DNA of 64,000 nucleotides from Octopus vulgaris (lineage: Eukaryota): positions 111,352,001-111,416,000 of the forward strand of contig OX597823.1 of the NCBI GenBank assembly GCA_951406725.2, read 5' to 3'. Positions within the stretch are counted from its first letter, which is position 1; each line of letters opens with the position of its first letter. Position numbers and translations under genes: made by a program. The notes beneath the pieces are model-generated. The model worked only from the letters and a program-made list of their open reading frames with translations. It was not told where the DNA came from and did no database searches. Shown here in pieces: positions 55,340-64,000 of this stretch.

Positions 55340-57095
55340 TTTTACCGTTTTACTTGTTTCAATTATTTGACTGCAGCCATATGTGTGTGTGTGTGTGTGT
55401 GTGTGTTAGTGGTGAGTGAGTGATTCTGTATTTGTATGCATATGTGTGTACGTGTGGTAAAGGAATAGAGGTAGGGAAAGAATTTTTTTTTTTTTTAATT
55501 TATATTTTTATTACATTTTCAATAGCTTCTTTTTAAGCTTCCTTGCTCGCACCAACCTGAAACACACAGAGACATCTCTAGCTTCTTCCCATTACAAACT
55601 GCCCATTTATCGCATTCTAAACCAATGAGAGCTAACATTAAATTGGCAAAAATAAATTTAAAGTGAACAGGGAGGAAATGCACTCCCACCCACCCCCTCT
55701 GCACTCACATAAAATACAAACATACACTTTCAAGTGTTGACAAAACTACCACCACAACAGCTCAGTGAACATAACCACAACAACCACACCAAAGCCACCA
55801 CCACCACCACCATGACACGGCAAGTGCTACAACAACTACACCATCACTGTCACACTATCACCATCAGAAAACAGCAAGCACTACCTCCTCCACTACCACC
55901 ACCACCACCTCAATGTTGTTACCATCAATACACCTCAGTGAATACAATCATCTCCCCCACCACCACCACCACCACTACCACCATAACCATCACAACACCT
56001 CAGTGAATACAACCACCACCAACACCACCACTACCACCACCATCACAACCATAACCATCACAACCACTACAAACACAACAATCAAAATTCCTATATCCAC
56101 AACCACCAACACTAACACCACCATAACCACATAACCATGCAACACCTCTACCATCACAACCACAACAATACACCATACCACCACAGCCACCGCCTCAGTG
56201 CCACTACCACCAATTCTACTTATGATTGCTTTATTTTCAAAAATAAAAATAAAATAACCACATAAATAAAAAATAACAATAAATAATCATAACAATAAAA
56301 AAAAATAACAGTTTCTTACTTTGGCATAAGGCCACAAATAACAACAACAACAACAGAAATAATAATAATAATTTTATTTTTATTAGGCCAAAAAGAATAG
56401 TCCTCTTAAATTATAAAAAGAAATAATAAAAATATTGGTAAAATAATAAAAGAATAATAATAAGAATATGAATAAAAATAACAAGACAAAAACAACAACA
56501 GCAATTTTGGTGCCAGTAACGGCAATGAAAATAAATCAATCAAAATTTATTGAAAAAAGAAATGTAAAAAAAAAAGAAGAAAAAATGAAGAAAAAACCAG
56601 CTCTGAAAAATTCCTTGTGGCAATATAAACAGTCACCTTCCCCTTACCTTTTCAGCTGGAAACAAATTCTTTAAAACAGCCCGGAAAATATAGGGTTTGG
56701 GAAATAGGAGAAGATTAAGAAAAAGGGGAAAAATAAAAATTGCGTGCATGCATGCGTGCGTGTGTTGGTATGTATATGTATGTACACATATATATATACA
56801 AGTGTGTTTGTATATATATAATTATATATATATATATATATATATACATATATATATACACACACATATATATACACACATATATATACACATTACACTG
56901 TCATTATTATTATCATTATTATTATTATTGTTATTGTTATTATTATTATTATCATTATTATATATGTGTGTGTTTATGAGTATGTGTGAGTATGTTTGGA
57001 TGAATGCTTTCCACGTTAGCTGCGATGTTCCTGTTTTTTTAAATTTTATTACTGCAGAATGAATATGTATTCCTATATATATATGTATGTGTATA

Positions 57096-57156
<61 letters not shown>

Positions 57157-57513
57157 ATTTTCATATATACATATTTATAAATATGCGTGTATACTTATAT
57201 AATTATATATATATCTATTTGTGTGTGTATGTATGCATATATGTGTGTATATATATATGTATATATATGTATACATACATGCATACACATGCACGTCCAT
57301 AAATATATATGCATGTATGTATATAAAATAGAATATAAATGGGTCTCCGTGGGTTTCCACAGTGAGTATTCCAGCTGTTTGATTAACTGAGCTGCCTACT
57401 CATTGAATTATAGTTAAGTGGTTGAGTATATCACAGGCAAAGTTCAAGAAGATTTTTCAACTATTTTATGTATTTATATATATACATATATGTATATGTC
57501 TTCATGCATACAC

Positions 57514-57545
<32 letters not shown>

Positions 57546-57643
57546 GCATGTACATACGTATATGTGTGTGTGTCTGTGTATATACATAACCTGTTTGTGA
57601 ATGTATATGCATTACTTCGCAAACACACACACACACACAAACC

Positions 57644-57914
57644 ATCATCATCATCGTTTAACGTCTGCTATCCATGCTAGCATGGGTTGGACGATTTGAC
57701 TGAGGACTAGCGAACCAGATGGCTCCACCTGGCTCCAATCTGATCTGGCAGAGTTTCTACAGCTGGATGCCCTTCCAGAGTGTAGTGGGTACATTTACAT
57801 GCCACCAGCATGAAGGCTAGTCAGGCGGTACTGGCAACGGCCATGCTCAAATGGTGTTTTTTACGTGCCATCTGCACAAGAGCCAGTCCAGTGGCACTGG
57901 CAACGACCTTGCTC
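57644..57914 (-). mobile_element. SINE family C with two tandem units
   Basis: Family C tail and body. Confidence 0.85.
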
Positions 57915-58010
57915 ATATATATATGTATATATATATATATATAGTCAATAGTACATTATATTGCTTCATCTTGATAAGGAAAATTACTTACTGAAACCCG
58001 GACATATATA

Positions 58011-58048
<38 letters not shown>

Positions 58049-58329
58049 TAGTATACATGCATATGTGTGTGCATGTGTACATATACACATATACATATAT
58101 ACACACAAATGTATATATTTATGGTCAGCTTTGCCTTCCATTCCTTTGTGAAAGGAGTGGGTGGTGTAGATAAAAGCAAAGTACCAATACAATGAAATGC
58201 TGTGGTGATGTCAACACCCCTTGTTTCTTTAAAGTTACTGGCATTGTGTCTAAATTTGAAGCTGTTATTTCTATCATTATTCCTTTTGGTATTCTTCTGT
58301 TTTATTCTATAGGACCAGATCCAAACCTG

Positions 58330-59300
58330 ATTGGTAACAATCTCCACAGTGTGTTGGATAATCTCCATAACCTTCTAAATCATGTAGATGTTAATGCAGT
58401 CTTAGCTACCTTTTGTGAGCTCTCCTATTCTGTTTGTCATGGATTCCTTGGCTTCAATGACCACTGGTATTATTTTGCCCTTCCTATTTGTTATGATAGC
58501 CAGGTTTTGTACTTGATCAGTTTTTCTGTAACATTCATGGTGGCGTTTCTTTTGAATGGTTTCGTCTCTTGATCAGTATGTACCTCTGACCATTCTTTTC
58601 CTTGATAACACTATCAGGTTTCTTGGCTTTTACCAACCACATGGTTCCGGGTTCAGTCCCACTGCATGGCACCTTGGGCAAATGTCTTCTACTATAGCCT
58701 CGGGTCGACCAAAGCCTTGTGAGTGGATTTGGTAGACGGAAACTGAAAGAAGCCCGTCGTATATATGTATATATATGCGCGTGTGTGTTTGTGTGTCTGT
58801 GTTTTTCCCCCTAGCATTGCTTGACAACCGATGCTGGTGTGTTTATGTCCCCGTTACTTAGCGGTTTGGCAAAAAGAGACTGATAGAATAAGTACTGGGC
58901 TTACAAAAGAATAAGTCCCGGGGTTGAGTTGCTTGATTAAAGGTGGTGCTCCAGCATGGCTGCAGTCAAATGACTGAAACAAGTAAAAGAGTAAAAGAGT
59001 ACCAATATGGTGGGGCATAATATCTCTGACACTGGTTAGTGGTTGTCATGATCTTGTACTCTTGCATATCTTCCAATGCAGGTGTACTACCTCTGTGCTA
59101 TGTTTGTTGTTGTTAGCGTTAGTTCTTGACAATATGGTCAGTAGCTTCTTCATATTTTCTTTGACCTTGCATTGTGGATCTGCTCCATTCTTGTTTATGT
59201 GAGGGAGATAGAATCAGTTTCCGAGAGTACTTGCAAATGGTGTGTCTTCAGTTGGTCCATATCTGTATCACACATATTTTTGGATACTTCCTATGCTTTG
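58330..59300 (-). pseudogene. C-terminal zinc-finger + RLE region of an R4/Dong-type element, split by SINE A
   Basis: HRKYPK, INKNGADPQCK, EEATDHIV, VVHLHWKICK, AKKPDSVIKEKNGQRYILI (PD motif), EKLIKYK, KIIPVVIEA. Confidence 0.75.
58630..59000 (+). mobile_element. SINE A, 5'-truncated, young
   Basis: Close match to the family A consensus ending aagtaaaagagtaaaagagt. Confidence 0.92.
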
Positions 59301-60612
59301 AATTTCTAAGAATTATTACTTTGAGTTTCATGTTGCTGATTATTTCAATGAATGAGATAACAAGCAGCATGACAATATATAATAAAAAATATTCGTATCG
59401 TCATCAAAATAAAATTAATCAGTACGATTTCGATGATGATGATGGTGGTGGTGGTGGTGGTGGTGGTGGTTGTGGTGGTGGGGTGATGATGGTGATGATG
59501 ATGATGAATATGATGATGATGATGATAATGATGGCATTGATGATGATGATGATGATGATGGTGGTAGTGATAGTAATGATGATGATGATGGTGATGATGA
59601 TGGTGATGATGATGATGATTGCCAAGAGAAAACAAACCATCAGAATACATTAGAATATGCATTGTACATTCATATAATCAATCATTATACACAGGACATG
59701 CAATATATTTTGTCAGTTCTCATGCAAAAACATATTTTCACATTTTCAGTATTTTATGTGTGAAACAAAAAGCAAGAAAGGAGTTGTTGTTTATGGAGTT
59801 TTAGTGCTGCTAAAAACTAAATGTATTTTTAACATTTAACAAACGTGAAGAGTATAGTAAAACTATTACAGGATAAGCAAGGAATCTGAAATGTAATGAT
59901 CAAGAATTATTTGATGCAAACATGGGATTCCATAACAGGAATGAGATTTGTGAAGTCAGAGAGTTGTACATTTCAAACTTCGAAATAAATTCTGTTTTAC
60001 AGAATCTGATCTACGTTATAGAGATGAACTGTTCATTTCACAATGTAGCATTCATATATATATATATTAAAAAGAAGAATATGTGCACTAACAATAGGGT
60101 AAATGTTTTTTATTTTCCTTTAATTTCTGAATTACTACTATTTAGCGGTTTGAGTCTTGGCTGCTCTTTCTAGTGGGTCGAATGGCCTTTCGGGGCTGTT
60201 CCTCAATGTTGTTGAAATTATATACATAGTCTATGACTATTTTCTCTTTCTCACTAGACCGCTGGTGGCAAAAAAATTTCTATTGAATTTTTTGCTACTC
60301 TTATATTGATTAATAAATATATATATATACATGAATATATATATATATAATGGTCTCACAATGAGTGCTTCTAGTGAGAACTTCATCAAAATATTTAAAG
60401 CTACATTTAAAAATCAGAGCAAACCCGAAACTAAATTCAGTAAATTTTTTTGCTGTAAGTCAAAATTTAATTCCTTGTAGTATATTCATATATTATTATT
60501 TCAATAACGATTAGAAACCAAATCAAAAATATCAGTATGTCAATATCTAACATATACTTTTTCCCTCCAAAATATCTTATCCGTGTTACTCATTATTAAA
60601 ATGATGTATTAA

Positions 60613-60832
60613 CCCTTTTGTTATTGTATTTCTGTTGAGATGCTCTGTGTTTCTTTCAATTACTTTAACTATAACAAAGAATTTAGTAAAATAACTTGGT
60701 TATCATTCAGCTAGTGTTAGGAACATAAATTGTGACTAAGGTTTGGTGGAAGATTTTAATTCAAAACTTCTGAAACAAAACATTTGTACTACAGAGCCAG
60801 AGGCAGTTTCAACCAGGTTGGTATCAAAAGGG
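60613..60832 (+). mobile_element. piggyBac-type MITE
   Basis: TTAA|cccttttg...caaaaggg termini; a related copy is immediately downstream. Confidence 0.75.
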
Positions 60833-60856
60833 TAAGAAATATCATGGTGACTTTAT

Positions 60857-61003
60857 CCCTTTCGTCACCATATTTCTGTTAAAATGCTCTGTGTTTCTTT
60901 CAATTATTTTAACTGGTGGAAGATTTTAATTCAAAACTTCTGAAAACAAGACATTTGTACTACAGAGCCAGAGGCGGTTTTGGCCGGGTTGGTAACGAAA
61001 GGG
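60857..61003 (+). mobile_element. piggyBac-type MITE, internally deleted copy
   Basis: ccctttcgtcacca...tggtaacgaaaggg|TTAA. Confidence 0.8.
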
Positions 61004-61234
61004 TTAAATGACAGTGAATCCAAAAGTAGAATACAATGTATTCAGAACTACACTATTCTTCAAAAACACCAAAATAGGAAATGAAATATAATATTGTGTA
61101 ATCCTCCATATTGCTTAAATGCTCACCATTTGTATGGAAACAAACTTTATGACAGTTTGATAAAAGCTAGGCCAGGTAATATTCCTCCCAACAAGAAACT
61201 TAAAGATAGCTTGTTGTGTATATGATTCTGTGAG

Positions 61235-61287
<53 letters not shown>

Positions 61288-61288
<1 letters not shown>

Positions 61289-61482
61289 CCAGAGTAAGCT
61301 CATAAATGTGAAACAAGGTGGAAATAAATAGTACTCAAACACAAGAGGTAGAGTAATATGCTTTATTAATTAATAAAGCTGCAAAAATATCACAAAAACT
61401 GTTACTCAGAGTTCCTGACAAACGGGAATGTGAAACTCTGAGTAACAGTTTTTGTGATATTTTTGCAACTTTATTGATAAAG
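61288..61482 (-). mobile_element. Fold-back family P, third copy
   Basis: Tail reversed at 61288-61360; arms 61361-61413 / 61434-61482; hammerhead motif at 61415-61448. Confidence 0.85.
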
Positions 61483-61685
61483 TATATATTTAAACTTAAT
61501 TGTAACCATGAAATGTATGTAGTGTTTTACTTATATTATATATTTATCATTCATTTTATACTTTTTGAGATCTAGTTATAAGTTATATGTTTTATAAAAA
61601 TATATATTATTTGTTATTTATATATTGGTTTATGTCTATCTCTGTTTGAGTTGTATAATAGTGGTTTTATCTCTAATTTATATTT

Positions 61686-61770
<85 letters not shown>

Positions 61771-61821
61771 ATATATGTATATATGTATATATATATAGTC
61801 AGTGGATTATATATCCAAAAA

Positions 61822-62400
61822 AGAAGCACACTCTAAGAGATGGAGCAGTAATGTATTTACATACAGTTGAATATATGTCTGGTGATAGAGCGACAAATGG
61901 TTTCGCATCCATAAAACACTTAGCTTTATGAACGATTTGTAAGACTCTAATGGTGGAGGGCATATAACCTCTCTTCAAACTTCATAGCCTTTGCCATTAA
62001 AATCTGTTTATAAAGCTATGGACGCTCTATGGATGCAAAACCATTGGTCACTCTATGGCCGAGCATATGTATGTAGGTATAGTTAAGTCTGTTCTTTATT
62101 TACTTCAATATTCAAAGCTAAAGATGTATCATATCCCATCACTTGAAGCTTCTAAATTCTTATTCTGTAAGCAAATTACAATTCCTGTTTCTAAGGACAA
62201 AGTTTTTAAAACGATCAGAGAGTTTTGAAGGATTGTTTTCGTCCATTGGTAGAATGTCTGTCCTTTTACAGATGTGTTTTGGAGCCCAAGACCCCACAAG
62301 CAACCTTTGACTTTTAGTATCCATTAGGATTTGACCCAATATTTTCCATACTTTTATTTGCAGCTTTATCTACAGTTAAAACTGAATTATGTGTCTGTTT
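61822..62400. mobile_element. Penelope-like relic with ~55-bp inverted arms (61885-61938 / 62000-62056)
   Basis: Arms visible; shares agaagcacactct and agag.gac...tggtttc.c with 27914-28035; faint minus-strand RNCNLLTE motif. Confidence 0.5.
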
Positions 62401-62426
62401 ATTTGTATGTGTGTATGTATATAGCT

Positions 62427-62689
62427 GTGGAGGTGCGTGGCTTAGTGGTTAGGGTGTCAGCATCATGGTCATAAGATTGTGGTTTCGATTCCTGGACCGG
62501 GTGACACGTTGTTCTTGAGCAAAACATTTCATTTCACATTGCTCGCTCCAGTTCACTCAGCTGGCAAAAATGAGTAACGCTGTGATGGACTGGCGTCCCA
62601 TCCAGCTGGGGAATACATACGCCATAGAAACTGGGAAACCGGGCCCATGAGCCTGACTACGTTTTAAAAGGACGTATTTATTATTATTT
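62427..62689 (+). mobile_element. SINE family D (middle M1 + V-like tail T1), 13-bp TSD
   Basis: A box tggcttagtgg, B box ggtttcgattcc; TSD tatgtatatagct at 62414-62426 and 62690-62702. Confidence 0.9.
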
Positions 62690-63196
62690 TATGTATATAG
62701 CTATGCATGTTTGTGCGAAAATGTAAACCCGTGTGTTTGTATGTATATCATTTTGGGTAGTATGTATATGTGAAACAGTTTATGTATGTATCATTTGTGT
62801 ATAGGATGTGTGTATGTATCGTGAGCATGATTATGTATGCATTTTCAGTAATGAAACATAAATGTATAGAGTAAGAGAGCAAGAGAGAGACGAAGAGAAG
62901 GTGAAAGAGAGAGTGAGAAGAAGGGAAAAACAGTGTGCACATGTGTGAGAGCAAAAGAGATAGAGGTAGAGAGGGAGAGATAGAGAGGGAGAAATAGAGA
63001 GAGAGAAGCAGGGATACAGAAAACAAAACTATAATCAGAGATAGGAAAACTTATGGATTTCATCCAATTTCCATGAAATTTATGAAAAGTCTGTTTTGTT
63101 TTGTCATTTTTTTTTGTCATTTTTATTTCATTTTTCTCTGAATGTTTTATTTTGATTGTGCATGCATATATATATTTATATATATATTATAATAAG

Positions 63197-63252
<56 letters not shown>

Positions 63253-63436
63253 ATGTGTGTGTATGCATGTATGTATGTATGTATGTATGTATATGCATGC
63301 CTGCATGAGTGTGCGGTTGAGGGGAGGGGTAGTTTGTATTTCATAAAATATGACTTACTGGTTGTTTATTCTTGTAAGTAACATTGATGGAATCATCTGA
63401 CTGTTTAGAATTCTCATTTTGAAAGCAAATATGACA

Positions 63437-63446
63437 AATAATAATG

Positions 63447-63508
<62 letters not shown>
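63437..63508. repeat. (AAT)n microsatellite
   Basis: Directly visible. Confidence 0.97.
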
Positions 63509-63510
<2 letters not shown>

Positions 63511-63755
63511 CATTGAAATGAAACTAAAATAATTAAAAAGAAGAATATGTGCACTAACAATTAACCTTTGCTGATCTCAATGTTTTGTATGGTGTTTTGG
63601 TTATGACATTTGTAAATTAAGATACGTATGGCAGTTATGAAAAAATAAAGATAAGAAAAGAAACAAAAATAATAATAGGAAAAGTTTTTTTAAATACAAA
63701 AAGCATAAAACAATATCCATTCATGCCGTTCATGAACATTTAACATACACACACA

Positions 63756-63798
<43 letters not shown>

Positions 63799-64000
63799 TA
63801 TATATACATAAGTATATATATATATATATACATATATAAAATCTCATTGGAACATGTATTCATGTATGTGTTCACATGCATGCATATGCATGCTCATGCA
63901 TATATGTATGCATTTTCATGCATAGGAGAGAAGAATTATAAAGCAGAGTTTTGCCATCAACATATATATATATACTAATATAACAACTATATATAAACAT

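Noticed and set aside
60252-60272. CTCF-like motif (gaccgctggtggca)
   Set aside because: Several mismatches to the core consensus; expected by chance.
62427-62505. tRNA gene candidates (also the heads of families A, B and D)
   Set aside because: A and B boxes are present but there is no full cloverleaf, and they continue into SINE bodies with TSDs.

Overview
This is AT-rich, extremely microsatellite-dense animal genomic DNA. The SINE sequences and repeat landscape strongly suggest an octopus (coleoid cephalopod) genome; this is inferred from recalled repeat families, not from a database search. I can support no host protein-coding exon, so the window reads as gene desert or a very long intron, and nearly all ORFs in the track are simple-repeat translations. 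Contents: (i) about 40 copies or fragments of at least five SINE or SINE-like families, several with clear 10-20 bp target-site duplications (TSDs) and visible module or tail swapping; (ii) decayed non-LTR retrotransposons, namely an L1/Tx1-type ORF1+endonuclease relic inside a recent 0.4-0.5 kb inverted duplication, three R4/Dong-type RT or restriction-like endonuclease (RLE) fragments, and RTE and CR1 3' ends; (iii) DNA transposon relics, namely mariner MITEs, a piggyBac transposase fossil with MITEs, and a canonical non-autonomous Helitron; (iv) the most interesting signal, several unrelated short non-coding fold-back elements sitting in (TA)n tracts. Each carries a minimal type I hammerhead-ribozyme motif with a palindromic stem III, an architecture known from Penelope-like elements. 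One is a 74-bp near-perfect hairpin.
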